Program-made: the position numbers and the translations under genes
Shown here: in pieces, positions 20,540 through 30,440 of the stretch
Position numbering within the stretch: the stretch's first letter is position 1
How the letters are laid out: every line of letters starts with the position of its first letter
The notes under the pieces: generated by a model
The model's input: the letters and a program-made list of their open reading frames with translations, nothing else
Told to the model about the DNA's origin: nothing
The model's database searches: none
Assembly: GCA_965261345.1 (NCBI GenBank)
Contig: OZ253449.1
Location: forward strand, 1,664,001 to 1,728,000
Reading direction: 5' to 3'
Source of the DNA: Chloroflexota bacterium
GTDB lineage: Bacteria; Chloroflexota; UBA11872; VXNJ01
DNA: 64,000 bases

Positions 20540-21115
20540 ATGCCGGCGGCAAGTCTCAAAATCACCGGCGGCAGCCTGCGCGGGAGGATTCTGCGCTCGA
20601 GCAAGCGGTCAACCATCCGCTCTACCTCGGCCAAGTTGCGAGCGGCAATATTTAACGTGCTCGGGCCGGTAGCCGGAATGACCGTGGCCGATCTCTATTG
20701 CGGGTCCGGCGCCCTGGGAATCGAGGCACTCAGCCGCGGGGCCGAGCGGGTGGAGGCGGTCGACCGAGCCCGCCCCGCGCGCGAGTTGGTGTCCGTCAAT
20801 ATCACGCAGCTGGCCCCCGAGCTGCGGGCCCGACATGCGTTTTACCTTGCCAGCGTGGAGTCCTACCTGGCAAACCGCGATCCCCTGCGGCGCGTTGATC
20901 TGGTGCTGATGGATCCACCGTACGGGCAGGGGGCGGATCTGGCCGCCATGCTGCAGGCCATCGCCCAGGCCGACCTGCTGGCGCCCGGCGGACGCTTGGT
21001 CTGCGAGCATTCTTCCAGATCGGAATTTGCCGACACCGGCCTGGGCTTGGACCTGCGGCGCTGCTACCGCTACGGGGATTCGGCGTTCAGCCTGCTGGAA
21101 AAATCCGGGCGGTGA
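20540..21115 (+). CDS. rsmD: 16S rRNA m2G966 methyltransferase
   Basis: DLYCGSGALGIEALSRGA, DPPY, YRYGDS; recG-rsmD-coaD synteny. Confidence 0.9.
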   Translation: MPAASLKITGGSLRGRILRSSKRSTIRSTSAKLRAAIFNVLGPVAGMTVADLYCGSGALGIEALSRGAERVEAVDRARPARELVSVNITQLAPELRARHAFYLASVESYLANRDPLRRVDLVLMDPPYGQGADLAAMLQAIAQADLLAPGGRLVCEHSSRSEFADTGLGLDLRRCYRYGDSAFSLLEKSGR

Positions 21116-21240
21116 TGGCCGAGCAGTATCGAGTTTGCCAATCCGCGCCTTGGCAATATGCGGAAAATTGGCCAATGCGACCGGTAGGCGCATCGCCGAT
21201 CGGCATGTTCACCGGTCGACCAGGCTTGGGGATTTACTAA

Positions 21241-21726
21241 ATAAAAGCGCTTTTGCCGGGCACCTTTGACCCGATTACCAATGGCCACCTGGCGCTGATC
21301 GAGCGGGCCGCCAGGATGTTTGCCGAGATCACCGTCGGGGTCTACGCCGGCGATGACCAGAAGGTCCTTTTCTCCGCCAGCGAACGGGTGCGTCTAATTA
21401 CCGATGCGACCGCGCAACTCGGCAACGTATCGGCGACCATCTATTCAGGATTGACGGTGGATTTTGCCAAGCAGCTTGGGGTCGGAGTGCTGGTGCGCGG
21501 GATCCGCGTTCAAACCGACTTTAACTACGAGCTCTCGCTCGCCCACATGAACCAGGCGCTGAGCAATTCAATCGAGACCTGCTGCCTGATCGGTTCACAG
21601 CACAATGCGTTCATCAGTTCGTCATTGATACGGGAGGTCGCCTTGCTCGGTAAGAACGTTGCCGTTTGGGTCCCCCCCAATGTGGCCGAAGCGTTGGCGG
21701 ATAAAATTGGTAAACGCCCATGCTAA
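21241..21726 (+). CDS. coaD: Phosphopantetheine adenylyltransferase (start likely ATA 21241; TTG 21253 would cut beta-strand 1)
   Basis: KALLPGTFDPITNGH, VRGIR, DFNYE, ISSSLIREVA. Confidence 0.95.
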   Translation: MKALLPGTFDPITNGHLALIERAARMFAEITVGVYAGDDQKVLFSASERVRLITDATAQLGNVSATIYSGLTVDFAKQLGVGVLVRGIRVQTDFNYELSLAHMNQALSNSIETCCLIGSQHNAFISSSLIREVALLGKNVAVWVPPNVAEALADKIGKRPC

Positions 21727-22226
21727 ACGATTCCATCAACGTCGGATCCCGCCAAAGTGACTTGGTCGGGCTTATCCAGCGATTGGAAGAAGCCGTGGTC
21801 GCCGCCCAACGGATTCCGTTCGGCAACCGAGTGATGATGATCGAAGGTGATCTGCTGGAGATCATCGACCAGATGCGGATCAACATCCCCGAAGAGATCC
21901 GCGACGCCCGCCGGATCATGCGGGAGCGCGAGGCCATCCCGCGCGACGCCCAGCGCGAGGCGGAACAGATCTTGACCAAGGCGCGCGAGCAGGCTGACCG
22001 CATGGTTTCGGACGAGGCGATCGTGCGTGAGGCGCAATCGCGGGCCGAACAGATGATAGAAGACGCCCAGAACGCGGTGGCCCAAGCGCGGATCGAAATG
22101 GACGCCTATTCGATGAATATGCTGCGGGATATCGAGCACCGCCTCAACACCCACCTCAACAGCATCCACCGGGCGACCAACATGCTCGAGGAGACCAATC
22201 GCGATCCGGGGCCCCCACTCGAGTAA
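21720..22226 (+). CDS. SepIVA/DivIVA-like coiled-coil protein
   Basis: RIPFGNRVMM..IPEEIRDARRI..AQREAEQIL coiled coil; same position after coaD as actinobacterial sepIVA. Confidence 0.65.
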   Translation: MLNDSINVGSRQSDLVGLIQRLEEAVVAAQRIPFGNRVMMIEGDLLEIIDQMRINIPEEIRDARRIMREREAIPRDAQREAEQILTKAREQADRMVSDEAIVREAQSRAEQMIEDAQNAVAQARIEMDAYSMNMLRDIEHRLNTHLNSIHRATNMLEETNRDPGPPLE

Positions 22227-22286
22227 CGGCGCCCGCCCCGCCGGAAACAAAAGTCCCCTTGCCGGATCCACGCTGCGCATCGGCGC

Positions 22287-22295
22287 TGCTAGACT
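22287..22295 (+). promoter_or_regulatory. Candidate extended -10 promoter for tRNA-His
   Basis: TGCTAGACT (TGnTAnnnT) 35 nt upstream of the tRNA. Confidence 0.4.
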
Positions 22296-22330
22296 TTTTG
22301 GCCGCGCGGCAACGCCCGGACGGCATACAT

Positions 22331-22405
22331 GGTGGTCGTAGCTCAGTTGGTTAGAGCGCTTGGTTGTGGCCCAAGAGGTCGCGGGTTCAAATCCCGTCGG
22401 TCACC
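22331..22405 (+). tRNA. tRNA-His(GUG)
   Basis: Cloverleaf: G-1, acceptor GTGGTCG/CGGTCAC, D arm GCTC/GAGC, anticodon arm CTTGG-TTGTGGC-CCAAG, T arm GCGGG-TTCAAAT-CCCGT, C73. Confidence 0.97.
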
Positions 22406-22432
22406 CCGATTGACTTTAGAGGCAGCAGCAGG

Positions 22433-22867
22433 TTGAAAGCTGGGTCGCGGCGAGGCCCGCGCCAGGGACAGTTGGCAATCGTGCTGGTTGCGCTTGCTCT
22501 CGCCGGGGCGCTGGTCGGCTATTACGTGGCGGCGGAATGGCTGTTCGGCCCACCACCACCCGGTCGGCTGGCCGCGCCGGTAGCGATTCCGATGTCGCCG
22601 TTGCCACCGGCACCGAGTCAGACGTTGGCGGGGGAATTTGTTCCGGTGGATCTTGCGGTGGCGCCGGTCTACCTGGAGCCGCCGCCCGCCCCGCAGGTTC
22701 CAAGGTCGCAGTTGGCACCGGTTATCGAGCACGAGGTCCGTGCCGGCGAGTCGCTCTCGCTGATCGCCGAACTATATGCCGTAACGGTAGAGGCGATCGC
22801 CGAAGCCAACGATATCCTGGACGTTTCGCTTATCGCCGTCGGGCAGATTCTGACCATCCCCGGGTAG
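22433..22867 (+). CDS. Membrane-anchored LysM protein with Pro-rich linker
   Basis: N-terminal TM helix; C-terminal HEVRAGESLSLIAELYAVTVEAIAEANDI..IAVGQILTIP LysM; start moved past the tRNA to TTG 22433. Confidence 0.85.
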   Translation: MKAGSRRGPRQGQLAIVLVALALAGALVGYYVAAEWLFGPPPPGRLAAPVAIPMSPLPPAPSQTLAGEFVPVDLAVAPVYLEPPPAPQVPRSQLAPVIEHEVRAGESLSLIAELYAVTVEAIAEANDILDVSLIAVGQILTIPG

Positions 22868-22923
22868 GTCAACTACCCCGGAACGATCGTGATGGTCGGA
22901 TCGTCCTTGCCGGCGGCGGCCGG

Positions 22924-23538
22924 TCAGTCGATTACCACCACCCGGCAGGGCGCCGAGGCGGCGCCGTACAGCGCCAGCGGCAGCGCCATGATTGCCACCC
23001 TCCGACCCGATGCACGCGACAGGTTGATGACATTGTGAATGACCGGGATGCCGGCGCCCAGCAACAGGCGATGGTTGGTCAGCGAACCCTTGCGTTCGAT
23101 CGCGAACGACCGGTCGAATCCGACCATTTTCACGCCCTGGTTGATGATCCAGCGGGCCGCTTCAGCGGTGAGCGAGGGGCCGTTGGCCGGGTCGCCAAGG
23201 TTGGCTAGCAGCAGGATATCGCCGCCCTTTATGGCCTGGCCGACACCGGACTGGAGATGCTTGGCCGACAGCGCCGTACCGGCGGTGGCGAAATTGAATT
23301 TGGCGACCAGCCCCTCACCAAAGAACGTTTGAACCTCGAAATCAGAATGCGGCAACCCTTCGATATCGGCATAGGCCTGGCCGACCATGTAAGTCCCTTG
23401 TCCGGCCGGCAGCGAGAGCGCCGACAACCGCGCGGTATCGCCGCGCGAGTCACCGGTCTCAAACCTTAAAAATTCGGCTTGATCGGCCTCGCCATCGCCG
23501 CGCAGCCAGAGCGTGCAATCGATTATCTGGCGGGGCAA
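22924..23538 (-). CDS. Cyclase / kynurenine formamidase-fold protein (metal motif degenerate)
   Basis: IIDCT, GDILLL, PSLTAEAARWI, VKMVGFD, NHRLLLGAGIPVIHNV, ALPL..ASAPCRVV; TTG start with GAGGA. Confidence 0.7.
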   Translation of the reverse strand: MPRQIIDCTLWLRGDGEADQAEFLRFETGDSRGDTARLSALSLPAGQGTYMVGQAYADIEGLPHSDFEVQTFFGEGLVAKFNFATAGTALSAKHLQSGVGQAIKGGDILLLANLGDPANGPSLTAEAARWIINQGVKMVGFDRSFAIERKGSLTNHRLLLGAGIPVIHNVINLSRASGRRVAIMALPLALYGAASAPCRVVVID

Positions 23539-23542
23539 TCTG

Positions 23543-23728
23543 CTACGTATCCTCGGGACGGCGGAATTCGGCGTGCGATTCAGGGGTGACCTTAGCATCC
23601 GGAGCCGGCCGGTTTGAGCGCTGCGCTATCAGCCGTTGCCAGAGTGGGTATCCGACCCCGATGGCGATCAGAATCAGCCCAACCACAATGGCCAGGATCT
23701 GAGCGAAGCCGAATTCGAAAAAGATCAT
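23543..23728 (-). CDS. Small single-pass membrane protein (61 aa)
   Basis: ATG immediately after the stop of the upstream gene; hydrophobic AQILAIVVGLILIAIGVGYPLW followed by a basic tail. Confidence 0.55.
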   Translation of the reverse strand: MIFFEFGFAQILAIVVGLILIAIGVGYPLWQRLIAQRSNRPAPDAKVTPESHAEFRRPEDT

Positions 23729-24997
23729 CTACGGGTAGGCAATTGCGATCGTGCTCTGGGCGCCTAAAACATGAATCCAAGTATTGCCGGGCCTAAAAGC
23801 AATTTCCTGGCCGTCGGCCGATAGGAAACTGGTCCTATCCTCTCGCCCCTCGCGGCGCCAGAATCCCTCGACGGCCCGTCCACCGGAAAAAACCATCGCC
23901 CGGCCATCGCCGGTTAGTGGAATTATCCGGCTCCGCGCCCCGAGAAAATCCTCGACGATGTTTGAGAACGATATATCGGTCCACTGGACGATGACGTTGT
24001 CAACCGTAATCTGCGCGGAATTGGCGGCGTCAATGTGCGGGGCCGCCGCCAGGAAACGCAGATAGGATCGGCGCGACGGATCATAGCTGTAGAAGGATCG
24101 GAAGCCACCCGGAAAGCTGGGTTCGGACGGAAATTCGATGGTCTGGAAGGCCGATGAAGTTTCTGTTTCGGGCGGGAGGAACTGCCAGGATTTGAGGCGC
24201 ACCTCGTTGGGCAGGCCGCGGGCGCGGGCTTCAAGCGCCAGGTTTGGTCCGTCGACATAGGTGTTGTCGGGCGGAACCGCATCGGTGGTGCGGAAAAATA
24301 CCCGGCCGAGCGGATAGTAGAGGCCTTCCACGTCCAGCGCGCCGATCGTCTTGAGCTGCTCGAGCACCCCGGGACTACCTCCGACGTGGGCCAGCAAAGC
24401 CTGGTACTCCAGGGCGATGTCGATGTCGATCAACCGGGCCGAACGGGTCGGGCCGATGCGATTGGGCAGGTTCGATTGAAAAATGGCGGTGTGGCGGGTG
24501 ATGAATCCCTCGGTGAGGTGTTCGTAGACGATGTCGGCGGCCTGCAGGCCCCACTGCGGCCGCGCGCCCAGATTGTTGGCCACCTTGACCGCCAGCGGCC
24601 GCCGCCCGACGATCTCGGCGGCGATCGAGCGACCGGTCAGCGGGGCCCGCGGCCCGTTCGGGGGAGTCGGCGTCGGCGGAGGCGCGGCGGCCGGTTCCGG
24701 GGTGGCGCTCGCGGTCGGCGTTGCGGTGGCGCTGGCGATGTCATCGGGGGTGGTTGTAACCAGCACCGGGCCGCGCGTTGGGGTCGCGTTCAGCGAGGCG
24801 GCCTTGCCGGTGGATGGGAGAGTGGACGGGCGGGGCGCCTCCGACAGCTCAGCACCGGCATCGGTATCGCGCAGGACCGCGTAAAGGCCGGCTCCAACCC
24901 CCAGCAGGCCGGCCAGCGCGAGTCCGGATATGAGGATTTGGCGGCGCGTCATCGCCTCCGACGGGCGCCGATCCCCGTCCGGCGGCGGTTGCTCCAA
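23729..24997 (-). CDS. DUF3048 (YerB-like) exported protein with twin-arginine-like N-terminus
   Basis: APLTG, RPLAVKVAN, ARPQWGLQAADIVYE, EGFITR, GPTRSAR, PGNTWI; TRRQIL + hydrophobic helix + Pro/Thr linker. Confidence 0.82.
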   Translation of the reverse strand: MEQPPPDGDRRPSEAMTRRQILISGLALAGLLGVGAGLYAVLRDTDAGAELSEAPRPSTLPSTGKAASLNATPTRGPVLVTTTPDDIASATATPTASATPEPAAAPPPTPTPPNGPRAPLTGRSIAAEIVGRRPLAVKVANNLGARPQWGLQAADIVYEHLTEGFITRHTAIFQSNLPNRIGPTRSARLIDIDIALEYQALLAHVGGSPGVLEQLKTIGALDVEGLYYPLGRVFFRTTDAVPPDNTYVDGPNLALEARARGLPNEVRLKSWQFLPPETETSSAFQTIEFPSEPSFPGGFRSFYSYDPSRRSYLRFLAAAPHIDAANSAQITVDNVIVQWTDISFSNIVEDFLGARSRIIPLTGDGRAMVFSGGRAVEGFWRREGREDRTSFLSADGQEIAFRPGNTWIHVLGAQSTIAIAYP

Positions 24998-25039
24998 GGA
25001 CGCTTCCGTACGCGATCGCGGCCGCGGGCTTAGGCGGTT

Positions 25040-25894
25040 CTAATCGAGCGCGGCCGCGATGACGCGCTCGGCTTTTTCGCGGGCCTCGCGCGCGACCGCC
25101 AACGGGTCGCCCAGGCGAATCTGAGGATTAAAGAGTTCGACTTCGATCGACCCGCGATAACCAGCTGCCACCGTGTGGCGGCAGAATCCGATCAGGTCAA
25201 TTCCCCCGTCGCCGGGCATTACCCGGTCGGAATCGACCAGCACCGCGGGGTCGCCGGCCGGAAAGTCGTCAATGTGGGCGCCAAAGACCCGTCCCTTGGC
25301 CAGCCCGTCGATATCCGAATTGGACTGGCTGGCGCCGAACATATGGGCCGGATCGACCAGCACCCCGACGTTTTCGCGGCCGCTGGCGTCGGCCAGGTCC
25401 AGGCACATCTGGATCCCGGCGCGATAGGGATAAGGCTCGTCCATTAGCTGTTGCGGCCCGAGCCATTCGATCGCCAGGGTGAAGCCGTATTCGCTGACCA
25501 GCCCGCCGATGGCGGCGAGCCGCTCGATTACCTGGATTTCGAACTCAGGGCGGGGTAGATGGGCGCGGTTAGGGACGAAGATCATCAGCTTGTCGCCGCC
25601 GAGCGAACGACCCAATTCGCAGCGTTCAGGCAGGGCGGCCAATTCCTGGGCATATTCCTCGGCGCTGGCGGTTGTCGCGGGCACCCCGCTCATGCCGCCG
25701 GCGAGCAGGCCGTTTCCGGCAAGCAGATTGGCGGTTGCGCCGGCGCCCATTGCCCGGTCGTAGGCCACCGCCTGGGCCAGGCCGATCGTCGTGTAACGGT
25801 AGCCGGCCTGGCCGGCGATTTCGGCCTGCTGCTCGAACGTTAATCCCTGGCGGATAGTTGCCGGGTGAAAGGAGGGGATGAGCGCGGGGTCCAT
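25040..25894 (-). CDS. Sugar phosphate isomerase/epimerase (xylose-isomerase-like TIM barrel)
   Basis: LAIEWLG, NVGVLVDPAH, HIDD, RVMPGDGGID, GYRGSIEVELF. Confidence 0.8.
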   Translation of the reverse strand: MDPALIPSFHPATIRQGLTFEQQAEIAGQAGYRYTTIGLAQAVAYDRAMGAGATANLLAGNGLLAGGMSGVPATTASAEEYAQELAALPERCELGRSLGGDKLMIFVPNRAHLPRPEFEIQVIERLAAIGGLVSEYGFTLAIEWLGPQQLMDEPYPYRAGIQMCLDLADASGRENVGVLVDPAHMFGASQSNSDIDGLAKGRVFGAHIDDFPAGDPAVLVDSDRVMPGDGGIDLIGFCRHTVAAGYRGSIEVELFNPQIRLGDPLAVAREAREKAERVIAAALD

Positions 25895-26021
25895 ACGTTT
25901 TTGCAATCTTTTGAAGGTGGCGGGCAGGCCGGGAGGCCAAGTGAAATCATTCTAAGGACGCCGGCGGCCCGCCGATCAGGCGCCCCGACTCCTAAACTTT
26001 CTTTAACGAACATTGAGTAAC

Positions 26022-26057
26022 GAGCCGGCAGATCCAACTGACGGCTCTTTTTGTTTT
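26022..26057 (+). terminator. Intrinsic terminator-like hairpin immediately upstream of gatC
   Basis: GAGCCG-g-CAG-atccaa-CTG-a-CGGCTC followed by TTTTTGTTTT. Confidence 0.55.
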
Positions 26058-26067
26058 GCGGGGCCCC

Positions 26068-26385
26068 TTGGCAAGTTCCAAAACTCAGCCGCCAACGCTG
26101 ATTCATTCGGACGCGATCGAGCACATCGCTCATCTGGCACGGCTTGAATTGAGCGCTGACGAAAAATCGCGGATGCGGTCGCAGCTGGCCCAGATCCTGG
26201 CCCACTTTGCCGATTTGGCCGAAATCGACACCGAGCGGATCGCCCCCACCGCGATGGTGGTGAACACGAAGTTGCCGCTGCGCGAGGATGAAGTGACCGC
26301 CTCGCTGGACCAACAGCAGGCCCTGGCCAACGCGCCGGAAGAATGGCAGGGATTCTTTGCGGTCCCGCCGGTGCTCGACCAGTGA
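26068..26385 (+). CDS. gatC: Asp/Glu-tRNA amidotransferase subunit C
   Basis: IEHIAHLARLEL, LREDEV, ALANAP..FFAVP; start uncertain (TTG 26056 or 26068). Confidence 0.9.
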   Translation: MASSKTQPPTLIHSDAIEHIAHLARLELSADEKSRMRSQLAQILAHFADLAEIDTERIAPTAMVVNTKLPLREDEVTASLDQQQALANAPEEWQGFFAVPPVLDQ

Positions 26386-27842
26386 ACGACCTCTGCTCGC
26401 TCAGCCTGGCCCAGGCCCGCGCGGGGCTTGCCGCACGCGAGTTCTCGGCAACCGAGCTCACCCGGGCCTATCTGGACCGCATCGCGGCAGTAGACGGGAA
26501 AATCGGCGCCTATCTGTTGGTTACCGATGAGCTGGCCCTAAAACAGGCTGCCGCTGCCGATGATGCCTTGGCCAACGGGGCGGCCGGCCCGCTTACCGGA
26601 ATCCCGATCGCGCTCAAGGACGTGCTTGCCACCCGCGGGATTCCCACCACCTGCGCCAGCCGAATCCTGGAGAACTTCGTCCCTCCGTTTGACGCCCACG
26701 TGGTCGCGCGCCTGCGGGCGGGCGGGGCGGTTTTTCTGGGTAAGACCAACATGGATGAATTCGCGATGGGTTCATCGAATGAAAACTCGGCGTTCTTTCC
26801 GGTCAAAAACCCCTGGGATCTGGGCCGGGTTCCGGGCGGTTCGTCGGGCGGATCGGCGGCGGCGGTGGCCGCCGACCTGGCGCTTGCGGCGCTGGGGTCG
26901 GATACCGGCGGCTCGATTCGGCAACCGGCCGCCCTGTGCGGGGTTGTCGGCCTCAAGCCAACCTACGGTCGGGTCTCGCGTTACGGTCTGGTGGCATTTG
27001 CCTCATCGTTGGACCAGATCGGGCCAATCACCAAGACGGTCGGCGACGCCGCTACCCTGCTGGAGGGCATCGCCGGACATGACCGGGCCGACTCGACCAG
27101 CCTGGAATTGCCGGCCGAATCGTTTGATTCGGGCTTTGGACAGAGCATCGCCGGTCTTCGCATCGGAGTCCCCAGGGAGTACTTTGCCGACGGCATGGAG
27201 CCCCGCGTCAAGACGGCGGTGATGGACTCGATCGCCCTATTTGCCGACCTCGGAGCCGAACCGATTCCAATCTCGCTGCCCCACACCCGGTACGCGCTCT
27301 CCACCTACTACCTGCTGGCCCCGGCCGAGGCCTCCTCCAACCTGGCGCGCTTCCACGGGGTGCGCTATGGGATGCGGGCGCCAAGCGACGATGTCGACCA
27401 GATGATGGCCCGCACCCGCGGCCGGGGTTTCGGCGGCGAGGTCAAGCGACGAATCATGTTGGGAACCTACGCTCTCTCGGCCGGATACTACGACGCCTAC
27501 TACCTCAAGGCCCAAAAAGCCCGCACCTTGATCCGTGAGGACTTTGATACGGCCTTTGCCCAATGCGACCTGGTGCTCTCGGCAACCTCGCCGACTACCG
27601 CTTTTCCACTGGGGTCGCGGACCGACGACCCGCTGGCCATGTATCTCTCCGATGTCCTAACGATCCCTGCCAACATCGCCGGGCTACCGGCGCTCTCGCT
27701 GCCCTGCGGATTTGCTAAGGGGCTGCCGATCGGCCTGCAGCTCATCGGCGGCCAGCTTGAGGAGGCCAAGCTGCTGCAGGCGGCCAACGCCTTTGAACGG
27801 GCGGCCCACGTGGCGCATTCGGCTCCGGCGCGGGCGGTCTGA
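26382..27842 (+). CDS. gatA: Asp/Glu-tRNA amidotransferase subunit A
   Basis: [44 protein letters not shown]; GTG start overlapping the gatC stop. Confidence 0.97.
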   Translation: MNDLCSLSLAQARAGLAAREFSATELTRAYLDRIAAVDGKIGAYLLVTDELALKQAAAADDALANGAAGPLTGIPIALKDVLATRGIPTTCASRILENFVPPFDAHVVARLRAGGAVFLGKTNMDEFAMGSSNENSAFFPVKNPWDLGRVPGGSSGGSAAAVAADLALAALGSDTGGSIRQPAALCGVVGLKPTYGRVSRYGLVAFASSLDQIGPITKTVGDAATLLEGIAGHDRADSTSLELPAESFDSGFGQSIAGLRIGVPREYFADGMEPRVKTAVMDSIALFADLGAEPIPISLPHTRYALSTYYLLAPAEASSNLARFHGVRYGMRAPSDDVDQMMARTRGRGFGGEVKRRIMLGTYALSAGYYDAYYLKAQKARTLIREDFDTAFAQCDLVLSATSPTTAFPLGSRTDDPLAMYLSDVLTIPANIAGLPALSLPCGFAKGLPIGLQLIGGQLEEAKLLQAANAFERAAHVAHSAPARAV

Positions 27843-29287
27843 TGGAACCCGGCTTCTACACCGTAATCGGGCTGGAAGTCCACGCCCAGCTGCTTACAAA
27901 ATCCAAGATGTTCTGCGGCTGTCGCGCCGACGTATCCGGCCTTCCTCCCAACAGCGCGGTCTGCCCGGTGTGCTTGGGCCTGCCCGGGGTCCTGCCGGTG
28001 GTCAACCGGGCCGCGGTCGAGCTGACGATCCGCACCGGCCTGGCGCTGGACTGTCAGATCGCCCAGTCGACCAAATGGGACCGCAAGAATTACTCCTATC
28101 CCGACCTGGTCAAGTGGTACCAGATCTCCCAGTACGATCTTCCGCTCTGCCTGGGCGGCCACCTCGACGTACCCACATACGACGGCAACCGACGGATTGG
28201 AATCACCAGAGTGCATCTGGAGGAAGACACCGCGCGGATGATTCACGATCGCGGTCCCGGGGGCGAGCAACTCTCGCTGGTTGACGTGAACCGGTCCGGG
28301 GTCGCGCTTATGGAAATCGTCTCCGAACCGGATATCGATTCACCGGACCTGGCCCGCAACTACCTGCGCGAGTTGCGTGACATCCTGGTCCACCAAGGGA
28401 TCTCTTCGGGGGATATGCAGGACGGCGCCTTGCGCTGCGACGCCAACATCTCGATCTGGCCGGTAGGAACACCGCGTGGCGACTCCAAGGTCGAGATCAA
28501 GAACATGAATTCCTTCCGCGCGGTTTTCCGCGCGCTCACCTACGAGGAAAAGCGCCAGCGGCGGGTCTGGCTGGAGACGTCCGCCCCGCCTCCGCAGGAG
28601 ACCCGCGGGTGGTCTGAGCCCCGCGCGGCAACGCTTTCGCAGCGGACCAAGGAAGACGCCCACGACTATCGTTACTTCCCCGACCCCGATCTGCCGCCGC
28701 TGCACGTCGACCGGGGGTGGGTTGAGGAGTTGCGGGCCCGCAACTCCAGCTTGCCGCGGCAGATCCGAGCCGACCTGGCCGAGATCGGCATTGGCGGGGC
28801 CGACGCCGATCAGTTGATCGGCGATCCTGAACTGCTGGGGTTCTTTCATTCCGCCCGCCCGCTCTATCCCGATGCGCGTCGCCTGGCCAACCGGGTACTA
28901 AACGGACTGGTGCAACATCTCCGGTCCGGCGGGCGGACAATAGCCGATGGCAGGGTCAGTCCGCAGGGCTTGGTTGAATTGCTCGAACTTGAGGACGCTG
29001 GCAAGGTCAGTGGACCGATGGCCGCCAAGATTCTGGCCGAGATGGTGGCCAGCGGACAACCGGCGGGCCGGCTGGCGGCATCAATGGGTGAGCAGATTTC
29101 CGACAACGACACCCTGCTGGAGATCGTCCGCCAGGCAATTGCTAACAACCCGCAAGCAGTCGCCGACTTTAAGGCCGGCAAACGGCAGGCGGCCGGATTT
29201 TTGGTCGGTCAGGTGATGAAGGCTTCCCGGGGCAAGGCCAATCCGGCAGTCGTAAACAAGCAGATCGCCGCCGAGCTGTCGCAATGA
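27842..29287 (+). CDS. gatB: Asp/Glu-tRNA amidotransferase subunit B
   Basis: [50 protein letters not shown]. Confidence 0.97.
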   Translation: MEPGFYTVIGLEVHAQLLTKSKMFCGCRADVSGLPPNSAVCPVCLGLPGVLPVVNRAAVELTIRTGLALDCQIAQSTKWDRKNYSYPDLVKWYQISQYDLPLCLGGHLDVPTYDGNRRIGITRVHLEEDTARMIHDRGPGGEQLSLVDVNRSGVALMEIVSEPDIDSPDLARNYLRELRDILVHQGISSGDMQDGALRCDANISIWPVGTPRGDSKVEIKNMNSFRAVFRALTYEEKRQRRVWLETSAPPPQETRGWSEPRAATLSQRTKEDAHDYRYFPDPDLPPLHVDRGWVEELRARNSSLPRQIRADLAEIGIGGADADQLIGDPELLGFFHSARPLYPDARRLANRVLNGLVQHLRSGGRTIADGRVSPQGLVELLELEDAGKVSGPMAAKILAEMVASGQPAGRLAASMGEQISDNDTLLEIVRQAIANNPQAVADFKAGKRQAAGFLVGQVMKASRGKANPAVVNKQIAAELSQ

Positions 29288-29736
29288 CGCTACCGGCCAT
29301 GGACAAGGCCCCTCCGCGCACGGTTCGCGAGGGACTGGAACGTTCGGGCGCGCGCAGGACCCCGCAGCGACTGCTGCTGGCCGACATCATCGACGCGGCA
29401 CCCGACCACCTCGAGGCTCGCGAGATCCACCTCAAAGCGGTTGCCCGCGATTCGCGGGTGAGCCTGAATACCGTTTATCGGACCCTGGCCCTGCTGCAGG
29501 ATCTAAACTTGGTGGTCGGCCATTACTTTACCGAGGAACACGCCCACTTTGAAGCGGCCACCGGGATTGATCACCACCACGTCGTCTGCCGCGGCTGCGG
29601 CAAAGTGCGCGAATTCTCGCCCGGGCTCGCGGAAGACCGCCTGCGCAAACTAGAACTGGCCACCGGCTTTCGCATCGACCGGCAGGAAATCGAGCTGGTC
29701 GGGCTCTGTCCGGCTTGTCAGGCGGCCGAGTCCTGA
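29284..29736 (+). CDS. Fur-family transcriptional regulator
   Basis: [31 protein letters not shown]. Confidence 0.9.
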   Translation: MTLPAMDKAPPRTVREGLERSGARRTPQRLLLADIIDAAPDHLEAREIHLKAVARDSRVSLNTVYRTLALLQDLNLVVGHYFTEEHAHFEAATGIDHHHVVCRGCGKVREFSPGLAEDRLRKLELATGFRIDRQEIELVGLCPACQAAES

Positions 29737-29780
29737 CCTTTCGCGGGCGGACACCTCGACCCTAAGCCGGCCGGCCTGTG

Positions 29781-30404
29781 CTAAGTGGTCGCCGAGGCGA
29801 TGAATTCGGCCCGCGTGGAGGCGTTGGTGCGAAAGAGCCCGCGCGTAACCGTGGTAACCATCGAACTGCCCGGGTCCTTGATCCCACGCATCGTCATGCA
29901 CATGTGGGTGCATTCGACCCGCACCGCCACTCCGCGCGGGGACAACACCCGTTCGATCGAATCGGCAATCTGGTTGGTCAAACGTTCCTGGACCTGGGGC
30001 CGCTGCGAGAGGATCTTTACCACCCGCGCGATCTTGCTTAAGCCCACCACCCGGTCGCGGGGTATATAGGCCACGCTGGCGTTACCCACAAACGGCATCA
30101 GGTGATGCTCGCACATCGACTGAACCGAGATGTTGCGTACCAGGACCATCTCGTCGAACGGTTGTTCAAAGGTGGTTTGGAGGACCTCGTCGGGGTCCAT
30201 GGTCAGACCGGCGAAGAGTTCGCGGTACATCCGTGCAACCCGATCGGGGGTGCGGGCGAGCCCGTCGCGATCGGGGTCCTCGCCGATTCCCAGCAACAAC
30301 ACCCGGACCGCCCGGGCCATGCTTTCTTGATCTGGCATGCTTGGCGTCCCCCAAAAAGGTCGCTGACCCGTGCCTGGGTCAAGTTGGTTTAGCGCCGCCG
30401 CCAA
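29781..30404 (-). CDS. folE: GTP cyclohydrolase I
   Basis: [42 protein letters not shown]; start may be ATG 30338. Confidence 0.96.
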   Translation of the reverse strand: MAAALNQLDPGTGQRPFWGTPSMPDQESMARAVRVLLLGIGEDPDRDGLARTPDRVARMYRELFAGLTMDPDEVLQTTFEQPFDEMVLVRNISVQSMCEHHLMPFVGNASVAYIPRDRVVGLSKIARVVKILSQRPQVQERLTNQIADSIERVLSPRGVAVRVECTHMCMTMRGIKDPGSSMVTTVTRGLFRTNASTRAEFIASATT

Positions 30405-30440
30405 CTTCGGCGGCGATGGCCAACAATCCTAATCGAGGAT

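Noticed and set aside
19443-20552. 369-aa antisense ORF (and similar shadow ORFs, e.g. 44325-45206, 27500-28270, 55331-56155, 59337-60023)
   Set aside because: They lie opposite or inside well-supported genes and have no motifs; such ORFs are expected at high GC.
22364-22432. N-terminal extension of the LysM ORF
   Set aside because: It overlaps tRNA-His; start moved to 22433.
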